This document shows, piece after piece, positions 13,331-26,094 of a DNA stretch of 56,435 nucleotides. This stretch comes from Chiloscyllium plagiosum (taxonomy: Eukaryota), in NCBI RefSeq assembly GCF_004010195.1, contig NC_057719.1, forward strand, positions 1,774,395 through 1,830,829, written 5' to 3'. Under the pieces are notes generated by a model. It did no database searches. It saw nothing but the letters and a program-made list of their open reading frames with translations, and had not been told where the DNA came from. Within the stretch, counting starts at the first letter, position 1; every line of letters begins with the position of its first letter. Made by a program: the position numbers and the translations under genes.

Positions 13331-14242
13331 AGATGGTTTAAAAAAAAGTACTGTAATGGTACATGATTTCTTTACTTTAGAACCCAAGTTTCAACAATAA
13401 CATATGAAAAACTTTCATCACAGTGTTTAACTATGTTAAAGTTAGTATAAATATGAGTTATCACAAGTATTGTGCTTCCAAAATCTCTCAATATTTGCCT
13501 TTTCTGATTCAAAAGGGAATGCTGAGCTGCCAGTACATGTTCATAGCAACAAGTGTGCGAGACAATGCAGGAGAAGTCAATGATTTTAATAGATCCTATT
13601 TTTCCTTCACCTTTCCTAGAACCTGTTGGGACTGGTGTTGGTTGAAGCTAACATGGTACTTAGTATCTGCAGTTATCAATAAGACTTCACTTTCCTTCAG
13701 TTTCTCCATTTTATCCCCCAAACACACACCATTGCGTTCAAACTTACTGTCAGATATCCTCTGCTTATGGCAAGATGGTTAATTTTGGCTTCAATTGTTA
13801 AAGTTGCTTCCTTTCTTTTGGCTTGGAGTTTTGCAAAGTTCTGCTTTTGGAATAATCAAATTCTATTTTGTTATTTATTTATATTCTCGAAGTGCCAGAG
13901 GCAGAAACTTCTGTTCTAAAAGGCAGGGAGGAGTTTGGTGAGAGTGAGCAGTGGCAAGTCTGTTTGCATCTGACAGACTGCATATAGTGTCTGTTACTGG
14001 GGGAGATAGGACTGGGGCATGACGGAGGGATTGTACCTTCAGCTGTGGCACTCCGCAGGGGAGAGACTTCTCCAAATCGGATTTGTCCATCAGGCTATAT
14101 TGTCATGTAAGCAATAAAATGATTTTAAAGTGTTTGAGTTGCGGGAGCAGATGCACAATAATGGCCTTAGTAACACCTGTACATCAGTCTGCTATCAGGA
14201 AATGACAATATAATGTACTGTTACATTATTTAATAAAGACGT

Positions 14243-14893
14243 GAAAGAATTATCTTGCATTTCAGTTGTGCCTTTCATAACCTCAGGGCTTTACAGAGTA
14301 GTTCATAGCTGTTGAAGCCTCTATTATAATCTGGATACATGATTAGATTAGATTAGATTAGATTAGATTAGATTACTTACAGCGTGGAAACAGGCCCTTC
14401 GGCCCAACAAATCCACACTGACCCACCGAAGCGCAACCCACCCGGACCCATTCCCCTACATTTACCCCTGCACCTAACACTACGGGCAATTTAGTATGGC
14501 CAGTTCACCTGACCTGCACATTTTTGGACTGTGGGAGGAAACCAGAGCACCCGGAGGAAACCCACGCAGACACGGGGAGAATGTGCAAACTCCACACAGT
14601 CAGTCGCCTGAGGCGGGAATTGAACCCAGGTCTCTGGCACTGTGAGGCAACAGTGCTAACCACTGTGCCACCGTGCCGCCCACAATAACTAATCTTTGCA
14701 CAGCAAGTCCCCACAAATAACACTAAAACAAAATACCCAAATCAGGTGTGTTTGTGATGTTGAGAATATTGACCACCTACATCACAATCCATTACCCTTC
14801 TTTGAACAGTGCCTTGCAATGTCACGTGAAAGGGCACCTAGATTTAGTATCTGATCCAAAAGACAAGATCTATGTCAGTGCAGCATTCCCTCT
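14243..14893 (-). mobile_element. Old Deu-domain-type SINE relic (SacSINE1/AmnSINE1-like) interrupted by an HE1 SINE
   Basis: cttgcatt..gtgcctttca, ttgcacagcaagtccccacaaa and atctgatccaaaagac..cagtgcagcattccctc. The family assignment is from my memory of the consensus. Confidence 0.5.
14341..14681 (-). mobile_element. HE1-type V-SINE, full length, with (TCTAA)n tail
   Basis: A and B boxes, V-domain, and (gatta)n on the plus strand. Confidence 0.9.
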
Positions 14894-14895
14894 GT

Positions 14896-15340
14896 AGAGT
14901 CAGAGATATACAGCACTGTAACAAATCCTCAGTCCACTCGTTCATGCTGACCAGATAGATTAATCTAGTCCTGTTTGCCAGCATTTGGCCCATATCCTTC
15001 TAAACCCTTCCTATTCATATACCCATCCAGATGCCTTTTAAATGCTGTAGTTGTACTAGCCTCCATCACTTCTTCTGGCAGCTCATTCCATACACACACC
15101 ACCCTCTGTGTGAAAACATTGCCCCTTATGTTCCTTTTATATCTTTCCCCTCTCACCTTAAACGTATGCCCACTAATTTTGGACCCCCCCAACCCAAGGA
15201 AAAAGACCTTGTCGTATGCCCACTAATTTTGGACCCCCCCAACCCAAGGAAAAAGACCTTGTCTGTTTATCCTATCCATGTCCCTCATGATTTTATAAAC
15301 CTCTGTAAGGTCACCCCTCAGCCTCCGACGCTCCAGGAAA
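14896..15340 (-). mobile_element. CR1 3' end with a perfect 50-bp tandem duplication (15163-15262)
   Basis: Minus strand gives FKVRGERYKRNIRGNVFTQRVVCVWNELPEEV..FKRHLDGYM. Confidence 0.88.
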
Positions 15341-15869
15341 GGTAGCAGAAGGTGAGCAGAGCTTGTCTGTTCAGGACTCTGGTGTGCGCCTACAATTTTG
15401 GACTTTTAGTGAGAGTGTTACCCACTGATCTGCAGCAATGCCAGCATCTGGGAGTTATACTCTTGGAAGTTGAGTGCAGAAAGGTATTCCATTACAGATG
15501 GTGTGTGAATGTCTGGGATTGCATAGGTTAGTCAGGCAGTAAATGTGCAATACATCGGTGTTCAATTTTTGGGCCATTGATTTGAACCATAGCAGTGTCA
15601 GGCAAGCTTCTTTTGAAAGTGTGCTGTTCCCTTGTGCATCTGTTGTCAGATACTGTGGGGTGTGTGCACAGTGGCGAACCGAGTATAAACTGCTGCCTTC
15701 CTTGGAAGAGGTACCCCGATGTGCTACATGGGATGAAGCCCACATCATTCTCCACTTTGTAAACCATCAGTCAGGAAGTGTGGTGTTGCATCACTTCAAC
15801 ATTATCCACAGTATTCCCTGCATATCCTTCCTTCATATGTGAGACCAAAACAGACATGTGGCTGCAAGG

Positions 15870-17073
15870 GCCTCAGTGCTGGAAACTAAATATCCAAGGA
15901 TGTACGTCCAATCAGAAAGATGGGCAGGGTTGCCTTTTTAGTAAGAAATGAAATTAAATCGATAGCAAGTGGTCATACAGAGGTGGGAGGTATGAAATCT
16001 GTGTGGCTAGAATTGAGGAAACAAAAAGGAGAAAAGACCCTGATGGCCTCCAAGCAGTAGTCAGGATGTGGAGAAGATAGAAAAGGCATATAAGAAAGAC
16101 ACTAACACAATAATCACGGGGGCTTCAATCGGCAGGTCAGCCAGGAAAACCAGTTGCTCTCATGGAAGGAATTCCCCGAATGTGTATGAGATTTTGTTTT
16201 GGAGCAGCTTGTGAGAGACCCCACTAGGGAACAGGCAATTCTGGATTTGGTGATGTGTGATGAGGCAGTGGGTTGGTGGTGAAGGAACTCCTAGGGGTCA
16301 GTGACCATAATATGATACAATTCAACCTGCAGTGAGAGGGAGAAGCTGGATTCAGATGTAACGGTATTACAGTTGAATAAAGGGAACTACAAAGATATGA
16401 GGAAGGAGCTGGCCAGAGTTGATAAGAAGGGGGGAACCTAGCTGGGAGGATGGCGGAGCAGCAGTGGCAGGATATTTGGAGATAATTTGGGAGACAGAGC
16501 AGAAATGTATCCCAAGGAAGAAGAAGCATATTAAGGGGAGGATGAGGCACCCATGGCTGACAGGGGAAGTCAGGGACAGCATCAAAGCAAAAGAGAAAAC
16601 ATACAGCATGCAGATTAGTGGGAAGCCTTTAAAAGCCAGCGGAGGATAATTAAAAACCAACAATAAGGGGAGAGAAACTGAAATCTAAGAGTAAGCTAAA
16701 TAGTAATATAAAAGGAGATTGCAAAAGTTTTTTATACATATCTAAAAAGCAAGAGAGGCAAGACTGGACGTTGGACCACTGGAAAATGAGGCTACGAAAG
16801 TAGTAATGGCGAACAAAAAAGTAACAGAGGAGCTAAAAGATATTTGCATCAGTTTTCACAGTGGAAGACACCGGCAGCATACCAGAACTTTGAGAGTCAG
16901 TTAAGTGCAGTGGCCATTACTAAGGAGAAGATGTTGGGGAAGCTGAAAGGTCTGAAGGTCAGTACCAGGTGGATGACACCCCAGAGTTCTGAAGGAGATT
17001 GTAGAGGCATTGGTGGTGACCTTTCACGGATCATTGGAATCAGGGAGGTTCCCAGAGGAATGGAAAATGTCTA
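15870..17073 (+). mobile_element. Degraded CR1 ORF2 (endonuclease to pre-RT)
   Basis: Translates to SVWLELRKQKG, PTREQAILDLVMC, LGVSDHNMIQF, HPWLTGEVRDSIKAKEK and FASVFTVED. Confidence 0.8.
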
Positions 17074-17173
17074 GGGGAATGGGTCTGGGTGGGTAGCTCT
17101 TCGGCGGGTCGGTGTGGACTTGTTGGGCCGAAGGGCCTGTTTCCACACTGTAGGGAATCTAATCTAATCTAAT
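17074..17173 (+). mobile_element. 5'-truncated HE1 SINE or CR1 tail
   Basis: ggtcggtgtggacttgttgggccgaagggcctgtttccacactgtaggg(aatct)n. Confidence 0.8.
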
Positions 17174-17804
17174 CGTTGAATATTGTATGTTCTTGTCAAT
17201 GTAAATTGTCAATCATTCATACCTGAATAGTTTTATTTCACAAATAGTTGCATTTCTGTGTTATTACATCTCAGAGCTTCACAAATACTGCAATTAAGTG
17301 AGGCATGGTGACTATGATAGGGACAAATGAATAGACCCATTTCCCTACATCTAGCCTTGACTAACGCTCTTAGCACTACGGGCAATTTAGCATGGCCAAT
17401 TCACCTATTTAAAACTAATCTCTTCCCTTTGCAGCTTGCTTCCCCCACTTTGCACATCCTCTGCCTCCACCTTTACAGACTCTGTCCAGCCCCTAACCCC
17501 ACTGCTCTTTGCAGCCCCTCTTCCCCACACCCCTTTGAGGCTCCTCCTACTTTTACATCACCCTTGAGTCACAGCCCACTGGCCTCACTCCCTGGCCTCA
17601 GCCTCCATCCACCTGCTTCCTTTGGCTTCTGACCCAGCAGCCTTACTCACCCAATCACAGTTACATCTCTCCCTCATCCAGTGTTACCTACTGCTGGGTT
17701 CTCTCTCACTCTACGAACCCATCTTTGATTGGAGGACCAGCTCCATGGCTGGTTTGTCTACGGAGGTGTCTATTCTCTGTTTGGCACCCTGTTGTTCATT
17801 TTCC

Positions 17805-17947
17805 AAAGTTAAAAATCACACAACACCAGATTATAGTGCTAACAGGTTTATTTGCAAGTACAAGCTTTCTGAGCGCTGCTCCTTCATCAGGTAGCTAGCG
17901 TGTGATTTTTAACTTTGTCCACCCTAATCCAACACTGGCACATCCAC
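17805..17947. mobile_element. Short inverted-repeat element with a hammerhead motif and a 10-bp TSD
   Basis: aaagttaaaaatcacac (17805-17821) is inverted at 17900-17916. Flanks are ttcattttcc and ttcaatttcc. Confidence 0.7.
17859..17893 (-). ncRNA. Minimal type I hammerhead-ribozyme-like motif (AGCU stem III family)
   Basis: Minus strand reads TAC-CTGATGA-A-GGAGC-AGC-GCTCA-GAAA-GC-TT-GTA. Stem I TAC/GTA is perfect. There is one mismatch at the base of stem II. Confidence 0.6.
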
Positions 17948-18549
17948 TTCAATTTCCCAGTTTTCAAACTGTTGGGAGAGAATTAGTCAGCCTCTCCCAT
18001 TTATTTTGAGCATTGGTTACAGGAAGCAAGATTGTAACAAGGCAGTAATTATATTTCTCTTTTCTTGTTGAGTCCTAGCCTGTGATATAGGAGCTAATTT
18101 TGTGACAATTTTCCCTGATATCATCCCTGCTCTGGTACTCAGGACCCCTCAGCCAGCTCCCTGCTGGAATATCTCACGGACATCTGATATCCTGAAGTTG
18201 TTTTGTTGCTTTTCAGCTTACTTTGGAAGAAGCAAACTGATTTCAATGCTTCTAATGCTTTACTGTGATGTAATTTCTGCTGGTTCCTGGCATCTGCTGA
18301 GAGACACCATTACTTTGAATGTAACAGGAGGAGTAAATGAGATATAATGACCTCGAAATGGCTGTCTGGAGACTAACTGCTTGCAGCCATGTATTTTACA
18401 GGTTGTTAACCATATCTGAGTGCTTCGGAAAGAAGGCTCTAAGCATTGGACACTCTTGGAAAAGACCAACGGTCACAAACGATCCTTTTTTTCCCTCTCT
18501 CTCTTTTTTCCTCTTGCCCTCCTCCTCAACCACCTCCCTGTGAGTTTGG

Positions 18550-19416
18550 CTGTGAGGTGGATGCAGAAATGCTACAGTGTGATTTGAACAGACTGGGTGA
18601 ATGGACAAATGCATGGCAGATGTAGTAGATTGTGGAAAAATGTGAGATTGTCCACTTGCAGATGATTATCTGAATGGTAATAGACTGGGAAAAGGTGCAA
18701 CGAGACCTGGGTGTGCTTGTACTCCAGTCACTGAAAGTAAGCATGTAGATGAAACAGGCAGTGAAGAAGGCAAATGGTATGTTGGCCATCAAAGTCATGG
18801 AGACATGCAGCACAGAAGCAGACCCTTCGATCCAACTCATCCATGTTGATCAAGTTTCCCAAATTAAACTAGTCCCACTTGTACGTGTTTGGCCCTTACC
18901 CTTGTAAATGTTCCTATTCATGTACCTGTCCAAATGTTTATTCAATATTGTAACTGTCCCTGCATCTACCACTTCCCCTGCCAGTTCATTCCATATGCAC
19001 ACTGCCCTTTGTGTGAAAAGGCCGCCCCTTGCGTGCCTTTTAAATCTTGCTCCTCTTCCCTTAAAAAGATGCCGCCTAATTTTGAACTCCCCGCCCTAGG
19101 GGAAAGACCTTGGTTACTCATCTTGTCTATGCCCCTCATGATTTTATAAACCTCTAAAGGTCACCCCTCAACCTTCTTCACTCCAGTAAAAAAAATGTCC
19201 CAGCGTATCCAGCCTTTCCTTATCACTCAAATCCTCCAGTCCCAGCAACATGCTGGATAGTCTTCTCTGAAGTCTCTCCAATTTAATAACATCCTTCTCA
19301 TAGGGTGACCAGAACTGTACACAGTACTCCAAGAGAGGCCTCAACACCATCCTGTACAACATCAACATAATGTCCCAACTCCAGTACTCCATGGTCTGAG
19401 CAATGAAGGCAAGCAG
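18550..19416. mobile_element. Two CR1 fragments tail to tail (plus strand 18550-18790, minus strand 18791-19416)
   Basis: Plus: LQCDLNRLGEW...RDLGVLV...AVKKANGML. Minus: LYRMVLRPLLEYCVQFWSP. Confidence 0.82.
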
Positions 19417-20210
19417 TCTTCTCAAACATCAGTAAAGTGATGGAAGATATCACCAACAGTGCTATCAAGCAGCACCTGCTCAGTGACGCCTAGTTTGGGT
19501 TCCCCCAGGGCCACTCAGCTCCTGACCTCATTACAGCCTTGGTTCAATCATGGACAAAAGAGCTGGATTCCAGAGGGGAGGGGAAAGTGACAGCTCTTGA
19601 CGTCCATAGGACCATAAGTTATGGGAGCAGAATTGAGTATCCAGCCCATCGGGTCTGCTCCACTGTTTGATCATGTCTGATGTTTCTCAACCTCATTCTC
19701 CTGCCTTCTCCTTATAACCCTTGATTTGGTTAATAATCAAGAACCTGTCTTAAATGCATGCAATGACTTGGTCCCCACAGCCTTCTGCATCAACGTGTAC
19801 CAGGAAGATTACATTCAACCGAGTAGCGCATCAAGGAGCCCTAACGAATCTGAGTCAATGGAAATCAGGAGACAAGCTCTCCACTGTTTGGGGTCACTCC
19901 TGACACATTAGAAGATGGTTGTGGTTGTTGGAGGTCAGTCATCTCAGCTCCAGGACACACTGCAGGAGTTCCTCAGTGTAGTGTCCTAGACCCAACCATC
20001 TTCATCTGCTTCATCGATGACCTTCCCTCCATCATAAAGTCAGAAGTGGGGGTGTTCACCAATGATTGCGCCATGTTCAGCACCATTCACAACTCTTAGA
20101 TACTGAAAAGTGTTCAAAAGCAACACGATCTGGACAATAACCAGGCTTGGGCTGACAAGTGCCAAGTAACATTTATACCACACAAAGGGACAATGACTCT
20201 CACAAATAAG

Positions 20211-20430
20211 AAGGAGACAGTGAGGTCTGCAGATGCTGGAGATCAGAATTGAGTGTATGTTGTTGGAAAAGCACAGCAGGTCAGGCAGCATCCGAGGAGC
20301 AGGAAAATTGACGTTTCGAGCAGGAGCCCTTCATCAGGAATCCTGATGAAGGGGTTCCAGTCGAAATGTCGATTTTCCTGCTCCTCGGATGCTGCTTGAC
20401 CTGCTGTGCTTTTCCAGCAAAACACTCTAT
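20211..20430. mobile_element. Palindromic Penelope-terminus element with back-to-back hammerhead motifs
   Basis: Arms at about 20255-20337 and 20342-20425 are reverse complements centred on ggaatcc (20340). Confidence 0.8.
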
Positions 20431-20451
20431 CTCCAATAAGAGACAATCTAA

Positions 20452-20918
20452 GCTTTAGAAAGGGTTCAGAGGAGATTTACTAGAATGTTGCCTGGTATGG
20501 AGGAAGGTCTTATGAGGAAAGGCTGAGGGACTTGAGGCTGTTTTCGTTAGAGAGGAGGAGGTTGAGAGGTGACTTAATAGAAACATATAAGATAATCAGC
20601 GGGTTAGATAGGATAACAGTGTGAGCCTTTTTCCTCGGATAGTATTGGCTAGCACGAGGGGACGTAGCTTTAAATTGAGGGGTGATAGATATAGGACAGA
20701 TGTCAGAGGTAGTTTCTTCATTCAGAGAGTAGTAAGGGTGTGGAATGGCCTGCCTGCAACAGTAGTAGACTCACCAACTTGAAGGGCATTTAAATGGTCA
20801 TTGGATAGACATATGGATGGTAATGGAATAGTGTCAGTTAGATGGGCTTCAGATTGGTTTTACAGGTCGGTGCAATATCAAGGGCCGAAGGGGCCTGTAT
20901 TGCGCAGTAAAGTTCTAT
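20452..20918 (+). mobile_element. 5'-truncated CR1 3' end with TSD
   Basis: Translates to LERVQRRFTRMLPG..RLRGDLIETYKII. Flanks are gagacaatctaa and gagagaatctaa. Confidence 0.85.
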
Positions 20919-23227
20919 GAGAGAATCTAACCACTGCCAGTTGACATTCAATGCATTGAATCCCTTACTATCAACATTCTGGGGTTTACCATTGACGAGA
21001 AGCTCAACTGGACTTGCTGTACAAATACAGTGGCTAAAAGAGCAGGTCAGAGGCTAGGTATACTGCAGCGATTAACTCAGGTCCTGACTCCCCAAAACCT
21101 GTCCACTATCAACAAGAACAAGTCAGGAGTGTGAGGGAATACTCCCCATATACCTGGCTGGGTGCATCTCCAACAACACTCAAGAAGCTTGACACCATCC
21201 AGGACAAAGCAGACCACATGATTGATATCCACAAACATCCACTCCTTTCACAACCAATGCTCAGTAGTAGTAGTGTGTAGTAAATACAAGATGCACTGCA
21301 GAAACTCGTCAAAGATCCTCAGACAGCACCTTCCAAACCCACATCCACTTCCATCTAGAAGGACAAGGACAGCAGATGCATGGGAGTACCACCACCTTCA
21401 AGTTCCTCTGCAAGCCACTCGTGATCCAGACTTGGAAATAGATTGCTGTTCCTTCAGTGTTGCTAGGACAAATACCTGGAATTCCCTCCCTAACGGCACT
21501 GTCAGTGAACCTACAGCACATGGACTGCAGCGGTTCAAGAAGGCAGCTCACCCTCACCTTTTCAAGAGCACTGGAGACAGGCAATAAATGCTGGGCCCAG
21601 CCAGCAACACCCACATCCCATTAGTGAATTTAAAAAAGGCATCACTGAAGTGTGGACTGTTTTTATTTAGTGTAGAAGTCCTATCCATATGGTTATCCTT
21701 TACTAACTTGTGAAAAATCTCTTACAATCCATCATCGCCCTCCTCATAATCTTATATTTGAAGCATATTTCTCTCCTTTGCCCACCAAGCAGATTTCCAG
21801 CAGATGTGTCATGATTATGTGACAATTTGACTTAAGTTTGAAGAAGAAAGCCTTTCAGTTCAGGTCCTTGCACGTCCATTATTTGTATGGCAGAATGCTG
21901 CTGTTTCCTTCCTCTTTGACATACAGCTGTGTAAATGGGATTAATCAAATAGATGCATACTTAGGGTCAGGTATATTGCTGCATTGGAAGTAAAAATTCA
22001 CTTCTAAACTAACTGAAAACGGTGGGTAGGCTATACTATTAAAAGGAATATCATCCTGATGTGTGTGAGATTGTACTGTATTAGAACCCTGATCTATTTT
22101 GATTCACTGCTCAGTGTGCAGTGTGAATGATGGTCTTCAGTGGGAGTGTTAATGTACCAGAGCAATGAGCTCCAGTGGAAGAGTTAGGGTAATAGAGGTT
22201 TAGTTTTCAATAAACCAGTGGCCTTTCTCCTTCTTGACAGTTTTATTAATTCATTGAAAGGCTTGGAGACTTGAAAGGAATGATGAAGGACTTCATAAAT
22301 GGTTTGCTTCCTTCCAGAGTATTTAAGGTAATCAGTGGAATCGATAACAGAGATATATGAAAGATTATTGCGTGGCCATGTTGTAACCACCTCAATTCCA
22401 GTAGGTTCAATCTCAAAATAAATATTAACCTTGCAGTTCATTGATCTCTATTGGTAATTAAAGTGAAAGCGGACTGTCATCTTGAATCCTGGTGATACAA
22501 ACCAAATACTTACGGTAATAAAACTCCACAGAATTGGATTGGGGGCGTTTAAATACCTATTACCTCCTTCATGGAGAATTAGTGGTGAAAATTGAGCAGC
22601 ATCAAGATTGTTCTCTTGGGAGTGATTGAGCAATTGAGATGGTAATTGTGTCTGTGGTGCAGCAGTCTGTTTTCACTGTAACCAGGCATTTTAAAAAGAA
22701 ATTGCAGAATGTTTCCTGAATTTTCAATTGATTGATGTTTTTGCACTCATTTAGTTGGTTATGTTGAATAGAAGACTTAATCACCTATCACCTAAAGTCG
22801 AAATCAAGCAATATTGCAATGGTTATGTTGAGGGCAGTGTGTAAAGCTCCCTCAATACTGTCCCCATCAAAACCTTGCAGGATGGGTACAGCACTTGGTT
22901 AGACATAGATTAAATATCGCTTCTTAAAACTTAGCTTTGGTCAAGATTTATTCATCCTTTACAATCCTTGTCTAAGCAGTCCTGGAACAACCCAAACGTT
23001 GTTATGCAGTTCACCAGCAGGTTAGTCCTGCATGTGAAAAAAGCACATTAAATGGGCTGCACGTTTGAGAAAATTGCCCCAGTATTCAAATCAATAGTTT
23101 CTATTGTTCCTGATGGCACTCCTTTAGTTTAGTGACCTTTTTCCTTGCAACCTTGAAGTATTTTGGATGGTTTTATATATATATATGAAAGGTGGTGTAT
23201 AAAGGGTTTGGTAAAAAGGTTTTAAAA

Positions 23228-24005
23228 GACCTTATAGAGATTTATCAAATTATGAGGGGTATGGATAGAGTAAATAGACAAGGTATTTTCCCTGGGGTGG
23301 GGGGAGTCCAGAACTAGAGGGCATGGGTTTAGGGTGAGAGGGGAAAGATATAAAAGGGATCTAAAGGACAACTTTTTCACACAGAGGGTGGTACGTGTAT
23401 GGAGTGAGCTGCCAGAGGAAGTGGTGGAGGCTGGTACAATTACAGCATTTAAAAGGCATCCAGATGGATATATGAATAGGAAGGGTTTAGAGGGATAGGA
23501 CTAAGTGCTGGCAAATGGGACCAAATTAATTTAGGATATCTGGTCAGCACGGATGTCATAGAGATGTACAACATGGAAGAAGACCCTTCGGTCCAACCCG
23601 TCCATGCCAACCAGATATCCCAACCCAATCTAGTCCCACCTGCCAGCACCCGGCCCATATCCCTCAAAGCCCTTTCTATTCATGTACCCATCCAAATGCC
23701 TCTTAAATATTGCAATTGTACCAGCCTCCACCACATCCTCTGGCAGCTCATTCCATACATATTAAACTCCATCTGCCACTTCTCAGCCCATTGGCCCATC
23801 TAGTCCAGATCCTATTGTAATCTGAAGTAACCCTCTTCGCTGTCCACTACACCTCCAATTTTGGAGTCATCTGCAAACTTACTAACTGTACCTCTTATGC
23901 TCGCATCCAGATCATTTATATAAATGACAAAAAGTAGAGGGCCAAAATAGATGTGTTGGACCGAAGGGTCTGTTTCCATGCTGTATATCGCTATGGCTCT
24001 CTGAC
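23228..24005. mobile_element. Plus-strand CR1 3' end interrupted by a minus-strand CR1 (about 23556-23945)
   Basis: The host tail ...cagcacggatgt resumes as agatgtgttggaccgaaggg. The insert encodes GPLLFVIYINDLD...KFADDSKIGG. Confidence 0.85.
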
Positions 24006-24076
24006 TTAACACTTCATTGTGATATTAGTTCCCCTAAGGGAGTGACTGAAAATACAAATGCTTTTGTGTTCGAAAG

Positions 24077-24415
24077 AAAGAAGAAAGTAGCTTGTATTTC
24101 CATAGCACTTTTGACATTCATAACTCAAAGTTTTTCACAGCCAAATAAATACTTGTGGAAGGGTTATGGTCATTGTAGTGAACGAAGCACAACAACTGAT
24201 TAATGCCGAATACATTTTCAAGACAGCCCTGTCCAGCTGTTGATTGAGGGATCAATATTATCCAAGGCACTCTGGAGAGATCACCTGCTGTCCTTTGAAA
24301 TGCAGGTCATCATATGAGAAGGCAAATGGCAGCCCGGTCATATGAACAAACACTACCTTTGACAGTGCAACAGTCCTTCAGTATTGAACTAGGAGTGTCA
24401 GCCTGGTTATGGGTT
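24077..24415 (-). mobile_element. Deu-type SINE relic
   Basis: cttgtatttccatagcac.., gttgattgagggatcaatatt and cctttgacagtgcaacagtccttcagtattg. Confidence 0.45.
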
Positions 24416-25659
24416 CAGTACTAAAAGCAAAAAATGCTTGAAAAACTCACAGTTCGACAATGTCTGTGGCGGAAGGAAGAATTAATGTTGAGTCCTCCAG
24501 GAAAGTTTATTAACCTGTAAAATTTTCCTTTCCCTAAATACACTGTCAAACCTGCTGAATATTTACAGCATTTTTGTTCCTGTTTTGGATTTCCAGCATC
24601 TCCAGGACTCTGGACCATAGGCTCAAATCATTGATGACACACACAGTGTGTATGTAGTCTGTGCTGAGTTACCTGTCCTTAGATTAAGTTGAGATGGGTA
24701 CTTAGTTATGGAGGGGGGGGATGTGGGAAATGTACAGATTATCGAGAGGTCAAAGGAACCAACAAGATAATGATCGATGATTACTTGAAGTTATTAGTTG
24801 CAATCTGTGTGCACAGAAATCAGAGATGTTCTTGTCTGAGTTTTAACAGTGAGAGAAGACACCGGGCTCTGCTGATTGATTGGAAGTGGCAGCTTTAGTT
24901 AGACAAACTCTCCTTGCTTCTATCGACCATCTGTCTGAGGGACACGTGAGCCAAGAGACGGACAGGGACCCATTAGAAAATTACAAGATTTCTTCAGGCC
25001 TTTTCTGCTCCTCCGTTTCGACCAACAAATGCTTTGCTTCAGCTGTGTTTTTTTGTGTGTTGTTTGTGATCATCTCTGTGTGAAATAATTGATATTGTTC
25101 CTGTGTTCATCTGCAGCTCCTTTTCAAGTGCAAATTTTTTCTCATGCGGTGTTAAATAATGGAGCTGGAGGAGGGGCTGTATGAGGGGTCAGCAACACAC
25201 CGTGCCCCAGATGAGGTTTAACCCTGCAGATCGCTGATCCCTGCTGAGTTGTTAGATGTCAGAGAGAGGCGAGTGCAGCAGAGAGAGTGACGTGGGGACA
25301 GCAAGGGCGAAAACGAGTGAGGAGGCTCATCAGCCATTTCGCTGGCATTGTCTACAGATCATTACAAGCAACAACAGCATTTATATGGCAACACAACACG
25401 TTTTGAAGTGGTCTAATGCCAGAAACACCACGGCCAGATTTTGCACAGCAAGATCCCACAGGTAGCAGCGAGACAAATGATTGGATCATCAGGCTTTATT
25501 AATCCTTGTTGAAAAGTCAAAAGTGGCTAGTAGCCCCAGGGAGGTCTAGGTGTGCCATGATAGTTCCCACATCCATCAGAAGGTGCTAACAGGGCCTCAG
25601 CTTTACGTCTCATTCAAGGCAGAGCCACTCCTTCTGCAATGCATTACCGAGGTACATTC

Positions 25660-25794
25660 GGGGCAGAGGTTGTAGAGTGTTGGAGGCGAGTGAAGGGGTC
25701 CTCAGAAGGAGGGCTTTTGCCCAAAACATCGATTTTCCTGCTCCTTGGATGGTGCCTGACCTGCTGTGCTTTTCCAGCACCACTCTGATCTAAA
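25660..25794 (+). mobile_element. Short Penelope-terminus insertion with a 13-bp TSD
   Basis: Flanks are ccgaggtacattc (25647-25659) and ctgaggtacactc (25795-25807). Contains a degenerate gggcttttgccc.aaacatc motif. Confidence 0.7.
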
Positions 25795-26094
25795 CTGAGG
25801 TACACTCAAGTTGACCTTCCATTACAACAAACGCCATGGGCAGAACCATTCTCACAACTGGACAAAATGCCTGGTGAGGAAGGGCTCACATCATTGGTCC
25901 AGTGTAGGTGAACCTCACCTGACATTCCCCACCCCTTCCCATAGCTTTTCCTCTCAGCACCTGTTTGTGGGAAAATCTGGGGAACTGGTGGACATCCCAG
26001 ACACACACGTTATCTTTTGAAGGCAGGCAATAGAATAGTTACAATAAGTTTGGTGAAGAATTAATGCATGGTTTGAGTCATCTTACTCCATACT

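Larger units (their letters stand above)
19425..21636 (+). mobile_element. Family-B LINE (CR1/L2 group), RT to 3' end, carrying three nested insertions
   Basis: SAIKQHL..QGHSAPDLITALVQSWTKELDSRG, GVPQ.SVL.PTIF.CFIDDLP, and a 3' tail caataaatgctggg...aaaaaa. Insertions lie at about 19604-19810, 20211-20430 and 20452-20918. Confidence 0.85.

Noticed and set aside
22184..22441. Minus-strand ORF containing KLSRRR, reminiscent of BRF1
   Set aside because: It is on the wrong strand and shows no other similarity, so this is a chance match.
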